A stretch of 33,316 bases of DNA from an uncultured Bacteroidales bacterium (GCA_902803195.1 CADCOX010000046.1:1-33316); one strand, 5' to 3'. Positions 9,145 through 20,130 are shown, counted from the stretch's first letter. Numbers and translations are program-made. Notes: generated by a model from the letters alone, not told the origin.

Positions 9145-11382
9145 TTAGTCGTAGAAGTTCCAGCTGATACCGAAGTGAAGGCCCGCAGGGTCAATGGGGT
9201 AGTGAGGTGCCCAGAAAGCGTTCTTGCGCGCACCGATGAAGTTCGTGTACTGGACATAGCCACGCACGCGTTTGATGTCGAAGTTGATGTAAGCGTGTGC
9301 GAGCGGATTGCCGCCAATCTTCATACGTGCTTGTGAGACATCTTGAACGACGAATTGATTGACGAAAGGCGCGTAGTCGGGAGCATAGTACTTGGTGTAG
9401 AAACGCATGTCGGCTCCGACTTCCACGCCTAGGACTTTGGCCAGACGGAAACGCAGATAGGGGTTTGTGTAAACCGAGATGGTCGGGAGCGGGAGCACAT
9501 CCTGCTTCGACGATTTCTGCCAAGTGACGGTATTATCCCAATGGAAAATGCCAAAATGGAAATCCTGCTGCAGCGCCGCACTCAGTACCTGTATGCTACC
9601 GCTCTGCTGACGCACGTCGACCGCGCGTGAGTAACCTCTGATGTCCTCAGTGCCCTCATCGTAAATGGGCGTGAAGATGTTGGTCAGATAGAGATAGTTA
9701 CTGATGTTTTCGATGCCGAAGCGGAGGCTGGTATTGGTGCGATCAATAGACAGCTTACCCTCGATGCGTGTGTGTGTCTCCTGACTGAAGGAGTGGTCCC
9801 ACCAAGTCGTCTGAGAGTGGAAGTGGTCATAGTAGAAGGGTGCGCCAAGGTTCTTGAACGACGCATTGGCTTCGAAGTGGACGGTGTCGCGTCCGAGGCG
9901 GAAGTTGAGGTCGCCGTTGCCATAGATTTCCAAGTCGCCAGCATATGGACCGACGACCCAGAACTCTGCGCCTGCGCGGAAGTGGAGCAAACGGCCCATC
10001 ATTTTCTGTATCTCGCCGCCGACTGAGATATGATTCTCGTTGTAGCGGTTCCAAACATTTGTGGTATCAGTCGTGAGGCTGTCGGGAAGCGTGAAATGAC
10101 GCAGTTCATGGGACGCAAAGAGTGTGATGCCCGCTTTCGCCCATTTGTTGAAGCCTTCGCGCAACTGCACACCGAGGGTGTTCTTGACACTTAGTGCCCG
10201 CGTCTCGTCGGTGAAAGAGTCGTACGACGAGCGGTAGTAGGGAGCGTGGGAGAAATAGCTGGAGGGTATATGTCCACGGCTGTAGTTGTCATGCGTCAGT
10301 CGGCGCACATTGAGGGTGTGGATGAAACTCGTCACCGGAATGAACTCGCGCGGCGGGACTTGCTCGCTTGTCCACTGCTGCTTGAGCGAGTCGATGACAA
10401 GGGCATAGCGGATGGAGTCCTCCTTGATGACCTCACGCAGGCTGTCGCTCTTGATCCGCGTGAAGAGTTCGTCCTCGCCAGGCATTTTGGGCTTTAGCGA
10501 GTCTGGTACCTCGATGTCGTGATAGACGCCAGCATTGAGCCGATGGGTCAAATAGTAAGTATGATGGTCATTGCGGTTCCATACCGACGAGAGCACGGTC
10601 GGGATGTCACGGCTGCTAACTTTGCGTGGAAAGCTCTCAGGGTCAGTTATATAAGTATCGTTGCTGATACCGCCGTTTTCGCCCATTTTCATGTGCTCCC
10701 AAGAGGCCATGGCATGCATCTCGTAAATCTCTCCCTGATAATAGCCGAAGACGGTGCCGCCGAACTGCGAGTTGGCTTGATTGTTGTAGTAGCCGCGGCC
10801 GTAGAGGTAGTCAATCTTGAACCCCATGCCCGCCTGCTTGTTGACGTTCGTGGCGAAATAAGCACGGAAACGGTCTTGGCCATTCAGTTTTGTACCCGCT
10901 TTATGATACTGCAGGTTGGTGAGTGGACTTTTCGTGTTCGTGAACAGGAGGCTGCCCACGGACGTGTGGAAATAGTCGTAGGGCTGAATGAACATCAGAT
11001 CGTCGACAAGCGGGCGGTCAAGGAAATTGATGGCATAGCGAGGCGAACCGAGGTTGCCGAGGATGATGTATTCGCCACGGGGACCGTCGGTGGCGTTGAA
11101 GTTCTGGAAGGCGTGCGGAAGGGTGTCGTTGTACAGCTCAGGCAGAATCGTGCCGAGGCGCTCTTCGAGTCGCCATTGGTGGAACTCCGTGGGCACAGTC
11201 TTGTCGGTCTTCGTCGTGTCGCGTCCCCATGTCATTTTCTTGGGTGTACCGTCGGGGCCTAAAGTCGTGCCGTCCATCGACTCGTTGCCGAACGGGTCGG
11301 TGTCATCAAACTGAGCCCATGCTGAAAGAGGAAGGCTCAGATGGAGCAGAAGGAATAGGCAAAGACTGACGAACTTGCGCAT
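9145..11382 (-). CDS. large outer-membrane beta-barrel protein (putative porin family)
   Basis: About 745 aa. Start chosen at the ATG at 11382 (MRKFVSLCLFLLLHLSLPLSAWAQ signal peptide); the track uses a TTG two codons upstream. Aromatic- and Gly-rich alternating pattern throughout. The family call is tentative. Confidence 0.6.
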   Translation of the reverse strand: MRKFVSLCLFLLLHLSLPLSAWAQFDDTDPFGNESMDGTTLGPDGTPKKMTWGRDTTKTDKTVPTEFHQWRLEERLGTILPELYNDTLPHAFQNFNATDGPRGEYIILGNLGSPRYAINFLDRPLVDDLMFIQPYDYFHTSVGSLLFTNTKSPLTNLQYHKAGTKLNGQDRFRAYFATNVNKQAGMGFKIDYLYGRGYYNNQANSQFGGTVFGYYQGEIYEMHAMASWEHMKMGENGGISNDTYITDPESFPRKVSSRDIPTVLSSVWNRNDHHTYYLTHRLNAGVYHDIEVPDSLKPKMPGEDELFTRIKSDSLREVIKEDSIRYALVIDSLKQQWTSEQVPPREFIPVTSFIHTLNVRRLTHDNYSRGHIPSSYFSHAPYYRSSYDSFTDETRALSVKNTLGVQLREGFNKWAKAGITLFASHELRHFTLPDSLTTDTTNVWNRYNENHISVGGEIQKMMGRLLHFRAGAEFWVVGPYAGDLEIYGNGDLNFRLGRDTVHFEANASFKNLGAPFYYDHFHSQTTWWDHSFSQETHTRIEGKLSIDRTNTSLRFGIENISNYLYLTNIFTPIYDEGTEDIRGYSRAVDVRQQSGSIQVLSAALQQDFHFGIFHWDNTVTWQKSSKQDVLPLPTISVYTNPYLRFRLAKVLGVEVGADMRFYTKYYAPDYAPFVNQFVVQDVSQARMKIGGNPLAHAYINFDIKRVRGYVQYTNFIGARKNAFWAPHYPIDPAGLHFGISWNFYD

Positions 11383-11434
11383 TAACAAACGATTGACAAT
11401 AATGTACTTAAGACGTAGAAGTTAAAGTATGGCT

Positions 11435-11974
11435 CTAAATATGGATGATTTCCATTCCCTTGCGGAGGGCTTCCTCGTTGGCAGGAATGAGGTCGTAGTG
11501 GCGCTCGGGAAGTGTCTTGCGTAGGGCCTTCAATACGTTGTCGATGGTCACGATAGGACGAACGCGCAGCAAGGCACCGAGCACGATCATATTGAAGCCT
11601 TTGGCGTTGCCCATCTCTGCGGCCGTGTCCATTGCATTGATTTCGAATATGCTGATGTCTGTTCGGGTGGGTGGAACGGAGATGCCGTAACCATCGTAGA
11701 TGAGGGTGCCGCCGGGCTTGATGGTCGACTGGAAGCGGTCGAGCGAAGGTTGGTTGAGGATGATGGCAGTGTCGTAGCTGCTGATGATGGGTGAACTGAT
11801 GCGCTCGTCGGAGACGATGACGGTCACGTTGGCCGTGCCGCCGCGCTGCTCGGGGCCGTAGGCAGGCATCCAAGACACCTCTTTGCCTTCCATGAGTGCG
11901 CTATAAGCCAAGATTTTACCCATCGAGAGCACGCCTTGACCGCCAAAACCAGATATGAGGATTTCTTCTGTCAT
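11435..11974 (-). CDS. 2-oxoacid:ferredoxin oxidoreductase gamma subunit
   Basis: 179 aa. N-terminal ILISGFGGQGVLSMGKILA motif typical of POR/KOR/VOR gamma subunits. Last gene of the oxidoreductase operon. Confidence 0.85.
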   Translation of the reverse strand: MTEEILISGFGGQGVLSMGKILAYSALMEGKEVSWMPAYGPEQRGGTANVTVIVSDERISSPIISSYDTAIILNQPSLDRFQSTIKPGGTLIYDGYGISVPPTRTDISIFEINAMDTAAEMGNAKGFNMIVLGALLRVRPIVTIDNVLKALRKTLPERHYDLIPANEEALRKGMEIIHI

Positions 11975-11993
11975 GCTTGAAGCTTTCTATTTT

Positions 11994-12752
<759 letters not shown>

Positions 12753-12762
12753 TGTGTATTTC

Positions 12763-12936
12763 TTAGAACATGAATCGGATGAAGAACTCAATGATTTTCA
12801 CGACCAGCGCTACGCCAATGATGGCAAGGCCTACTATGTGATGAGCGGGCATAGCAAAATAAGCGATGACTCCCACGAGGGCCAATAGCATGAATACGGT
12901 GTTGAGCGCATTGCGCACTTGTTCTCTGTTCTCCAT
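12763..12936 (-). CDS. 57-aa two-helix small membrane protein inside the oxidoreductase operon (not in ORF track)
   Basis: My translation: MENREQVRNALNTVFMLLALVGVIAYFAMPAHHIVGLAIIGVALVVKIIEFFIRFMF*. ATG start and TAA stop, ending 10 nt before the beta-subunit ATG. Two hydrophobic stretches. Confidence 0.5.
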   Translation of the reverse strand: MENREQVRNALNTVFMLLALVGVIAYFAMPAHHIVGLAIIGVALVVKIIEFFIRFMF

Positions 12937-12961
12937 TGTCTTTATTTCTTTTTATTAAGGG

Positions 12962-13055
12962 CTAGGTTTCTAGAGGATCTAGAATATCTAGAGAATCTAG
13001 AGAATCTAGAAAATCTAGAGATTCTAGAGATTCTAGAAGGTTCTAGAGCATCTAG
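12962..13055. repeat. 9-bp TCTAGAnnn tandem array (11 CTAG cores)
   Basis: CTAG starts at 12962, 12970, 12979, 12988, 12997, 13006, 13015, 13024, 13033, 13043 and 13052. Spacing is 9 bp except one 8 and one 10. The last CTAG contains the TAG stop of the alpha-subunit gene. Confidence 0.9.
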
Positions 13056-14155
13056 TTTAAATTAAATTCGCTTTTGAGGGTAGCGATGAGTTCGTCGGGT
13101 GTCGGTACGATACCGCCCATCTTGCCGAAGTGGCGCACGGGTGTGCGGCCCTCGACGGCGAGGCGGATGTCCTGAACCATCTGCCCAGCATTGATCTCGA
13201 AGGAGAGGATGCCTTGCACCTGCTGCGCAAGCTGTTGGATGCGAAGGGTGGGGAAGGGCCATAGCGTGATGGGACGCAGCAGGCCTGCACGGATGCCTTC
13301 AGCGCGCAGCAAGTCGATGGCTTTCTGTGCGATGCGGGCTGCCGAACCGAAGGCTACAATCAGCACGTCGGCATCGTCGGTCAACAGTTCCTCGTATCGC
13401 ACTTCGTTGGCCCTAATCTCGCGGTATTTGGCTTGCAATTCGAGGTTGTGGCGCTCCATGGCTTCGGGGCGCAGTTCAAGGGACGTGAGGATGTTAGGCT
13501 TGCGGTCGGGAGTGCGTCCGTTGGTAGCCCATGGGCATTCGCGGCGAATCTCTTCCTCGGTGCGACGAGCCTTGAAGGGCGGCAGCACCACTTTCTCCAT
13601 CATCTGTCCGATGACACCATCGGAGAGAATCATGGCTGGCATACGATATTTGAAGGCCAGCTCAAAAGACAAGTCGACGAAGTCGGCCATCTCCTGTACG
13701 CTCGCGGGTGCGAGCACGAGCACTTCGTAGTCGCCGTTGCCGCCGCCGCGAGTGGCTTGGAAATAGTCGCCCTGCGACGGCTGGATGGTGCCTAAGCCGG
13801 GGCCTCCGCGCTGCACATTCACGATTAGAGCAGGAATTTCGGCGCCTGCCAGGTAGGTCATGCCCTCTTGCATCAAGGCGATACCGGGGCTCGACGACGA
13901 CGTCATCACGCGCTTGCCCGAGCCGCCGCCGCCATATAGCATGTTGATGCTGGCCACTTCGCTCTCGGCTTGCACCACGACCATGCCCGTGGTTTCCCAC
14001 GGTTTCTCGGCGGCCAAGGTCTCGAGGATTTCGCTCTGAGGAGTGATGGGATAGCCGAAGTAACCGTCGCAGCCGCAGCGGATGGCGGCATGGGCGATGG
14101 CTTCGTTACCCTTCATAAGGAGCACCTCAGGCGAATTGCTGTTATGATTGTCCAT
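13052..14155 (-). CDS. 2-oxoacid:ferredoxin oxidoreductase alpha subunit (KorA/VorB type)
   Basis: 367 aa. N-terminal MKGNEAIAHAAIRCGCDGYFGYPITPQSE is typical of the alpha subunit. Confidence 0.88.
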   Translation of the reverse strand: MDNHNSNSPEVLLMKGNEAIAHAAIRCGCDGYFGYPITPQSEILETLAAEKPWETTGMVVVQAESEVASINMLYGGGGSGKRVMTSSSSPGIALMQEGMTYLAGAEIPALIVNVQRGGPGLGTIQPSQGDYFQATRGGGNGDYEVLVLAPASVQEMADFVDLSFELAFKYRMPAMILSDGVIGQMMEKVVLPPFKARRTEEEIRRECPWATNGRTPDRKPNILTSLELRPEAMERHNLELQAKYREIRANEVRYEELLTDDADVLIVAFGSAARIAQKAIDLLRAEGIRAGLLRPITLWPFPTLRIQQLAQQVQGILSFEINAGQMVQDIRLAVEGRTPVRHFGKMGGIVPTPDELIATLKSEFNLN

Positions 14156-14180
14156 TCGTTATTATGCTTTAGAAGGATTG

Positions 14181-14414
14181 TCAGTTTTCAATTTTCTTGC
14201 GATAGACGGTGATACATCCGTCGGGGCAGACGATGGCGCATGAGGTGCACCCCGTGCAGCGTTCAGCGTCGGACTGTTCGACATATCGGTAGCCTCGGCG
14301 ATTGACCATCTTGTCGGCCAGGTGGATCAAATCGAGCGGACATGCCTCAGCACAAAGCTCGCAGCCTTTGCAACGCTCTGTATTGACGACAATCGCTCCT
14401 TTCATTTTTGCCAT
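14181..14414 (-). CDS. 4Fe-4S dicluster ferredoxin (delta subunit)
   Basis: 77 aa with two CxxCxxCxxxCP motifs (CKGCELCAEACP, CTGCTSCAIVCP). Confidence 0.9.
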   Translation of the reverse strand: MAKMKGAIVVNTERCKGCELCAEACPLDLIHLADKMVNRRGYRYVEQSDAERCTGCTSCAIVCPDGCITVYRKKIEN

Positions 14415-14479
14415 TTTCTTTATTCGTTAAGCATCAGGGGATGACCGCTTATGCGGATGCGCCTTGAGCTGTCTTTCCT

Positions 14480-14680
14480 TTAGGGATTATAATAATCGTT
14501 GCAGCGAAATTCGATGATTTCCATGAGCATCTGTCGCGCAGCCGCAGCGGGCGATTCGGCATCGAGGGCTGCTGCGTGTTCGTAGGCGTTGAGGGCCTCG
14601 GCCCACTGCCCGTTTTTGCGGAAGGTATTGCCCTGTTGATAGAGGGCAGCCGCCTCGGCGCGTTGCTGTTCGGTTGTCAT
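14480..14680 (-). CDS. small tetratricopeptide-repeat protein
   Basis: 66 aa. TPR-like AAALYQQGNTFRKNGQWAEALNAYEHAAALD. First ORF behind the promoter box at 14708-14715. Confidence 0.6.
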   Translation of the reverse strand: MTTEQQRAEAAALYQQGNTFRKNGQWAEALNAYEHAAALDAESPAAAARQMLMEIIEFRCNDYYNP

Positions 14681-14707
14681 CGGTCTCGACTTTTTCTAAA
14701 ACGGGTG

Positions 14708-14715
14708 CAAATTTA
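14708..14715 (-). promoter_or_regulatory. Bacteroidota -7 box TAAATTTG (minus strand) for the TPR/oxidoreductase operon
   Basis: Plus-strand GGGTGCAAATTTA is TAAATTTGCACCC on the minus strand, about 28 nt upstream of the ATG at 14680. Confidence 0.55.
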
Positions 14716-14898
14716 CAACATATTCAGCAAACAACCGCCTTTTTTCGGAAAAGAAACGTGCTCGCACATACTTTTTAACTTTCGGGCATACCTCTGTCGC
14801 GCTTTGCCAACCCAAAATGTTTTGGCATATCGGGGCAGCAAAGCGTGAGAGGAAAATCAATGTTACAGGTGCTTTTTGAGGGAGATGGAATCAAAGCG

Positions 14899-16500
14899 CT
14901 ACGATTGGGTCTCTTCGTAGAGCGGTTCGATGATGTTCAGCAGTTTGATGGTCGCTTTGATGGCGGCTTCGGTTTGGTCGGCATCGAGAGCGTGGGTGCG
15001 ATAATTGTGCTCCTGGAAAGTCCATTCGATGGTGGTCTGAACGAGAGCGTCGGTGCGGCCTCCTGGAGGGATGGTAACGGCGTAGTTGGACAGCCACGGG
15101 AACTTTCGTCCGAGGCGATCGCGATAAATGTGACGCACGGCGCGCACGAAAGCGTCATACTGGCCATCGCCCTGCGCGCTCTCCTCGTAGATTTCATCGT
15201 CGATCTGCAGTCGCACCTGTGCCATCGGTCGTAGACCATAAGCCGTCGACACCATGTAAGAGAGCAGTCGCACGCGGTCGTCGGCTTCGCTGTGCTTGAG
15301 CACGTCGCGGATGATGAAGGGCAAATCCTCTTGGGTGACGAGCTCCTTTTTGTCGCCGAGTTCGATGATGCGGTCGGTGACTTTTTTCATGTCCTCGTCG
15401 CTAAGGTCGAGGCCGAGTTCCTTGAGGTTCATCAACACATTGGCCTTGCCGCTGGCTTTGCCGAGAGCATACTCGCGCCGTCGTCCGAAGCGCTCGGGCT
15501 TCAACGCATTCTGGTAGAGGCCGCTCTTCTTGTCGCCATCGGCATGAACGCCAGCCACTTGCGTGAAGACAGCACTCCCTGTGATGGGCCTGTTGGGCGG
15601 GATGGCGATGCCACTGTAGCTCTCGACCATGTGAGCTACTTTGTTCAACTCTTCCTCGTTGATGTGAGTGCTGGCATTGAAATGGTCCTTTAGGATGGCT
15701 TGCACCGAGGCCAGCGGTGCGTTGCCTGCGCGCTCGCCGAGGCCGTTGATGGCGGTGTGAAGTCCGCGCGCTCCACTCATCACGGCCGCTAGTACGTTCG
15801 ATACGGCGAGGTCGTAGTCGTTGTGGGCATGGAAATCAAAATGGATGTTAGGATAGCGCTGAACCATGCGTCGCATGTAGCTGATGAGCTCCAGCGGATT
15901 GAGGATGCCGAGTGTGTCGGGTAGCATGAAGCGACGGATGTTTTCGCCTTGAAGGGCGTCCACCAAATCGATGACGTACTGCTGGTCCACCTTCATTCCG
16001 CTGCTCCAATCCTCCAAGTACAGGTTCACCGTTATGCCTCGTCTGTTGGCCATCTCGACGTTGCGACGGATGTCCTGAATATGCTCGTCGAGTGTCTTGC
16101 CGAGCTGCTCTTCGCAGTGGCGTCGTGACCCTTTGCAGAGTAGGTTGATGCATCGGGCGCCGGAACGCTCGATCCAGTCGAGACTCTTACCATCGTCAAC
16201 GAACCCGAGAACTTCAATGCGCTCGAGCATGTCCTTTGACTCAGCCCAACGGGTGATGCGCTGCACGGCCTCCAACTCGCCGTCGCTGACGCGTGCCGAA
16301 GCCACTTCGACGCGGTCGACGCATAGATCCTCGAGCAACGCACGGCAGATCATCAGTTTCTCGTGAGGCATGAAACTGACGCCCGACGTCTGCTCGCCAT
16401 CCCTCAAGGTCGTATCCATGATCTCGATGAAGGTGGAACGCTGGCCAAAATCCTTGAGAGGGGAGTCCGACATAGTATGTTGATGATCAGCTGTTGTCAT
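14899..16500 (-). CDS. citramalate synthase / 2-isopropylmalate synthase paralogue (CimA-like) with LeuA-dimer regulatory domain
   Basis: 533 aa. HMGL-like N-terminus [22 protein letters not shown] motif (FHAHNDYDLA) and a long C-terminal regulatory region. Last gene of the leu operon. The substrate is not determinable from sequence alone. Confidence 0.75.
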   Translation of the reverse strand: MTTADHQHTMSDSPLKDFGQRSTFIEIMDTTLRDGEQTSGVSFMPHEKLMICRALLEDLCVDRVEVASARVSDGELEAVQRITRWAESKDMLERIEVLGFVDDGKSLDWIERSGARCINLLCKGSRRHCEEQLGKTLDEHIQDIRRNVEMANRRGITVNLYLEDWSSGMKVDQQYVIDLVDALQGENIRRFMLPDTLGILNPLELISYMRRMVQRYPNIHFDFHAHNDYDLAVSNVLAAVMSGARGLHTAINGLGERAGNAPLASVQAILKDHFNASTHINEEELNKVAHMVESYSGIAIPPNRPITGSAVFTQVAGVHADGDKKSGLYQNALKPERFGRRREYALGKASGKANVLMNLKELGLDLSDEDMKKVTDRIIELGDKKELVTQEDLPFIIRDVLKHSEADDRVRLLSYMVSTAYGLRPMAQVRLQIDDEIYEESAQGDGQYDAFVRAVRHIYRDRLGRKFPWLSNYAVTIPPGGRTDALVQTTIEWTFQEHNYRTHALDADQTEAAIKATIKLLNIIEPLYEETQS

Positions 16501-16550
16501 AACATTTTTCTGCTTATTTCGGCAAAATCTTTTCGCCCTCAGATTCCTTT

Positions 16551-17174
16551 TTAATCTACGCTATTGAGGGGCGTTGGAGCGGGAAGGTTGTCAATGTTTT
16601 CCAAAAGGAAATCGATATCGTCGAGTCCGTTCATGAGGCAATACTTCTTGTAGCCATTGATGGTAAACGATTCGCTGTGGCCCGTGGCCAGATTGGTAAT
16701 GGTCTGAGCGGGTAGGTCGACGCTCACCTGCGTCTGCGGGTCGGCCTTGATGCTGCTGAAGAGTTCCTGCTGGAAGGCCTCACTGACGATGATGGGCAGT
16801 ACGAAACAGTTGAGAAGGTTGTTGCGGTGGATGTCGGCAAACGAACTGCTGATGACAGCCTTCACGCCATAACCAGCAATGGCCCATGCGGCATGTTCGC
16901 GCGAGCTACCGCTGCCCCAATTCTGTCCGGCAACAATGATCTGATGGACACCTTCGCAGGGAGGTTCGCAGAAGGAGGGCTGATTCATGACGAAATCAGC
17001 CACAGGCTCGCCATCGCTTGTGAAGCGGAGGTCATGCATGAAGGCATCGCCGAAGAACTTCGGGTTGCGTGTGGTGCTGGCCAGATAACGAGCGGGGATG
17101 ATCAGATCCGTGTTGCAATTGTCAATGGCAATTGGAATGCAGGTGGAGGTTATCGTTACAATTTTCTGATTCAT
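16551..17174 (-). CDS. leuD: 3-isopropylmalate dehydratase small subunit
   Basis: Start chosen at the ATG at 17174 (MNQKIVTITS...), 2 nt after the leuC stop. GQNWGSGSSREHAAWA motif. The longer track ORF (to 17360) overlaps leuC out of frame. Confidence 0.88.
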   Translation of the reverse strand: MNQKIVTITSTCIPIAIDNCNTDLIIPARYLASTTRNPKFFGDAFMHDLRFTSDGEPVADFVMNQPSFCEPPCEGVHQIIVAGQNWGSGSSREHAAWAIAGYGVKAVISSSFADIHRNNLLNCFVLPIIVSEAFQQELFSSIKADPQTQVSVDLPAQTITNLATGHSESFTINGYKKYCLMNGLDDIDFLLENIDNLPAPTPLNSVD

Positions 17175-17176
17175 GA

Positions 17177-18565
17177 CTACAAAATATTTCTTGGGTCGGT
17201 GATTACTCCTGTTATAGCACTTGCAGCCACTGTCATCGGCGAGGCAAGAATCGTACGTGAGCCGGGTCCTTGACGGCCGACGAAGTTGCGGTTGGACGTG
17301 GAAATAGCGAGTTTGCCGGCCGGCACTTTGTCGGCATTCATGGCTAAACAAGCTGAGCACGACGGCAAGCGCAGTTCGAAGCCTGCCTCTTCGAGGATCT
17401 TGTCGATGCCCTCATCGATGATTTGCTGACGAACAGCCCACGAACCAGGCACGAGCCAAGCGACCACGTTAGGCGACTTCTTGTGGCCTTTGACAATGGA
17501 GGCGAAGGCGCGGAAATCCTCGATTCTGCCGTTTGTGCAGGCGCCGAGGAACACATAATCCACGGGCACTCCTTCGAGTTTCTGGCCCGGGTCAAACTGC
17601 ATGTAATCGAGTTGCGCAAGGAGTTGTGAACGGTCGGCCTCGCAGACCTCTTCGAGCTTGGGAATGGATCCGTCTACTGGGATGCCGGCACCGGGATTCG
17701 TTCCGAAGGTGATGCGGGGGGCGATGTCTTCGGCCCGATAAGTCACCTCTTTGTCGAAGACGGCATCGTCGTCCGAGCGCAACTGGCGCCAAGCCTCGAC
17801 GGCGCGTTCCCAAGCTTCGCCCTTCGGAGCATACTCGCGTCCTTTCAGGTACTCGAAAGTAATCTCGTCGGGAGCTATAAGTCCTGCGCGGGAACCCATT
17901 TCGATGCTGAGGTTCGAGAGTGTCAAACGACCTTCCATCGACATCGAGCGGATAGTGCTACCCGCATATTCAACGGCAAATCCCGTTGCGCCGCTGGTGG
18001 TCATCTGTGCCATGATATAAAGCGCTACGTCCTTGGCAGTTACGCAAGGGGCGAGTGTACCTTCGATATTGATGCGCATGGTTTTGGGCTTCTGCTGGAG
18101 GATGCATTGCGAAGCAAGCACTTGCGCAACTTCGCTCGTTCCGATGCCCATGGCGATAGCACCTACGGCGCCGTGAGTGCTCGTGTGTGAGTCGCCGCAG
18201 ACGATGGTCATGCCTGGCAGTGAAAGGCCTTTTTCGGGTCCGACAACATGAATGATTCCGTTGTCCTTCGTACCCATGTCGAAGTGACGGATGCCGAACT
18301 CCGTGCAGTTGCGCTTCAAGGCGTCCATCTGCTTGGCGCCGATGGGGAGTGGCTCATCGCATGTGCTCGGCGTATTGTGGTCGGGCATGGCGACAATCTG
18401 CTGAGGGCGCAGTACGCCGATGCCCTTGTCGCGGAGAGTGTCAAAGGCTTGGGGGGAAGTCACCTCGTGAATATAGAGGCGGTCAATGTAGAGCTGAGTG
18501 GGGCCGTCGGCCACCTTCTGAACGACATGCGCGTCCCAAATTTTGTCGAAGAGAGTCTTTCCCAT
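17177..18565 (-). CDS. leuC: 3-isopropylmalate dehydratase large subunit
   Basis: 462 aa. [15 protein letters not shown], the aconitase-family VCGDSHT motif and an [10 protein letters not shown] motif. Confidence 0.92.
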   Translation of the reverse strand: MGKTLFDKIWDAHVVQKVADGPTQLYIDRLYIHEVTSPQAFDTLRDKGIGVLRPQQIVAMPDHNTPSTCDEPLPIGAKQMDALKRNCTEFGIRHFDMGTKDNGIIHVVGPEKGLSLPGMTIVCGDSHTSTHGAVGAIAMGIGTSEVAQVLASQCILQQKPKTMRINIEGTLAPCVTAKDVALYIMAQMTTSGATGFAVEYAGSTIRSMSMEGRLTLSNLSIEMGSRAGLIAPDEITFEYLKGREYAPKGEAWERAVEAWRQLRSDDDAVFDKEVTYRAEDIAPRITFGTNPGAGIPVDGSIPKLEEVCEADRSQLLAQLDYMQFDPGQKLEGVPVDYVFLGACTNGRIEDFRAFASIVKGHKKSPNVVAWLVPGSWAVRQQIIDEGIDKILEEAGFELRLPSCSACLAMNADKVPAGKLAISTSNRNFVGRQGPGSRTILASPMTVAASAITGVITDPRNIL

Positions 18566-18568
18566 AAT

Positions 18569-20071
18569 CTATTTCTTGAACTTATTGATACAGTCGATAT
18601 ACGCCTCTACAGAAGCCGTTACGATGTCGGTATTGGCGCCGAAACCATAGTAGACATGTCCGTCGTACTCTACCTGCATGTGTACCTTTCCGACGTCGTC
18701 GGAGCCTTTGGAGATGGCTTGGATGGTGAATTCCTTGAGCGTCATCTGGCGGCGGATAATCACCTTGAGCGCCTTGATGGCGGCATCGACGGGACCGTTG
18801 CCCGAAGCCGAAGCCTCGAACTTCTCGCCTGTGATGTCAAGTCCGATGCATGCGACGCTCTTGACGCCCATACCCGTCGTGACCTGCAAGTAGTCGAGTT
18901 TGATGGCGTGCGCGGCGGTGCGGTCGGCTCCGGCGAGCATGAGGATGTCGTCGTCGGTGATTTCCTTCTTCTGGTCGGCCAGACGGAGGAAAGCCTGATA
19001 AGTCTTGTCGAGTACTTCGCCGTCCATCTCAACGCCCAGAACCGAGAGACGATGCTTCAGCGCTGCGCGTCCGCTTCGGGCTGTAAGGACGATGGAGTTG
19101 TCGTCGATGCCAACATCCTTCGGGTTGATGATTTCGTAGGTCTGAACGTTCTTGAGAACGCCGTCCTGATGAATTCCGCTGCTATGGGCGAAGGCGTTGC
19201 GGCCCACGATGGCCTTGTTGGGCTGCACAGGCATATTCATGAGCGACGAAACGAGTCGCGACGTCGGATAAATCTTTTGCGTGTTGATGTTGGTCTCAAT
19301 GCCTAATCCACGGTGGCATTTGAGGATCATGGAAACCTCCTCAAGCGAGGTGTTGCCTGCACGCTCGCCGATGCCGTTGATGGTCACCTCGGCCTGACGT
19401 GCGCCGTTGATAATGCCGGCCATCGTGTTGGCTGTAGCCATTCCGAGGTCGTTGTGGCAGTGAGTGCTCAGGATAGCCTTGCCGGCGCTGAGGCCGTCGA
19501 CGTGCTCCATGAGGTATTTGATTTTATCGCCGTATTCCTGTGGGAGGCAATAACCGGTCGTATCGGGAATATTGCAAACGGTGGCGCCAGCCTTGACGAC
19601 GGCATCGATGACGCGTGCTAGGTACTCGTTGTCGGTGCGGCCTGCGTCCTCGGCGTAGAACTCAATGTCCTCGACGAACCGCTTGGCATACTTCACGGCG
19701 GCAACGGCCCGCTCGATGATTTCCTCGCGATTGCTGTTGAACTTATATTTGATGTGCGAATCGGATGTTCCGATGCCCGTGTGGATACGCTTGTGCTTGG
19801 CGTACTGCAGCGACTGCACAGCGACGTCGATATCCTTCTCGACGGCGCGTGTGAGGGCGCAGATGGTAGGCCAAGTGACGGCCTTTGAGATTTCGATGAC
19901 GCTGTTGAAGTCGCCCGGAGATGAGATGGGGAAGCCCGCCTCGATTACGTCAACGCCAAGGGCCTCGAGTTGCTTCGCCACTTGGATTTTCTCTACGGTG
20001 TTTAGCTGACAACCTGGAACCTGCTCGCCGTCGCGGAGGGTTGTGTCGAAAATAAAGAGTCTGTCGCTCAT
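18569..20071 (-). CDS. leuA: 2-isopropylmalate synthase
   Basis: 500 aa. [14 protein letters not shown] and [12 protein letters not shown] motifs, plus a C-terminal LeuA allosteric domain. Confidence 0.9.
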   Translation of the reverse strand: MSDRLFIFDTTLRDGEQVPGCQLNTVEKIQVAKQLEALGVDVIEAGFPISSPGDFNSVIEISKAVTWPTICALTRAVEKDIDVAVQSLQYAKHKRIHTGIGTSDSHIKYKFNSNREEIIERAVAAVKYAKRFVEDIEFYAEDAGRTDNEYLARVIDAVVKAGATVCNIPDTTGYCLPQEYGDKIKYLMEHVDGLSAGKAILSTHCHNDLGMATANTMAGIINGARQAEVTINGIGERAGNTSLEEVSMILKCHRGLGIETNINTQKIYPTSRLVSSLMNMPVQPNKAIVGRNAFAHSSGIHQDGVLKNVQTYEIINPKDVGIDDNSIVLTARSGRAALKHRLSVLGVEMDGEVLDKTYQAFLRLADQKKEITDDDILMLAGADRTAAHAIKLDYLQVTTGMGVKSVACIGLDITGEKFEASASGNGPVDAAIKALKVIIRRQMTLKEFTIQAISKGSDDVGKVHMQVEYDGHVYYGFGANTDIVTASVEAYIDCINKFKK

Positions 20072-20130
20072 AGTTCTATTCTATTGCTTTAGGATTGATT
20101 CAGATGGTTGATGCGTTGTCATTTAAAACA

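Noticed and set aside
16551-17360. N-terminal extensions in the ORF track: leuD to 17360, oxidoreductase beta subunit to 12791, dinB from 25034, DUF4251-like gene from 27226, DMT transporter from 28452, porin to 11388.
   Set aside because: The extensions overlap upstream genes or promoter boxes and carry no homology. Internal ATGs give canonical N-termini or signal peptides and sensible spacing from the -7 boxes.
18248-19306. Long antisense ORFs opposite real genes. Examples: 18248-19306 (+, 352 aa), 20367-21398 (+), 22545-23360 (+), 23914-25089 (+, 391 aa), 382-1278 (-), 7325-8170 (-), 10519-11262 (+), 4676-5143 (-).
   Set aside because: They lie opposite genes with strong family signatures. 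Their compositions are biased (Val/Gly/Ala/Asp/Arg-rich) in the way typical of shadow frames in GC-rich coding DNA, and they carry no recognisable motifs.
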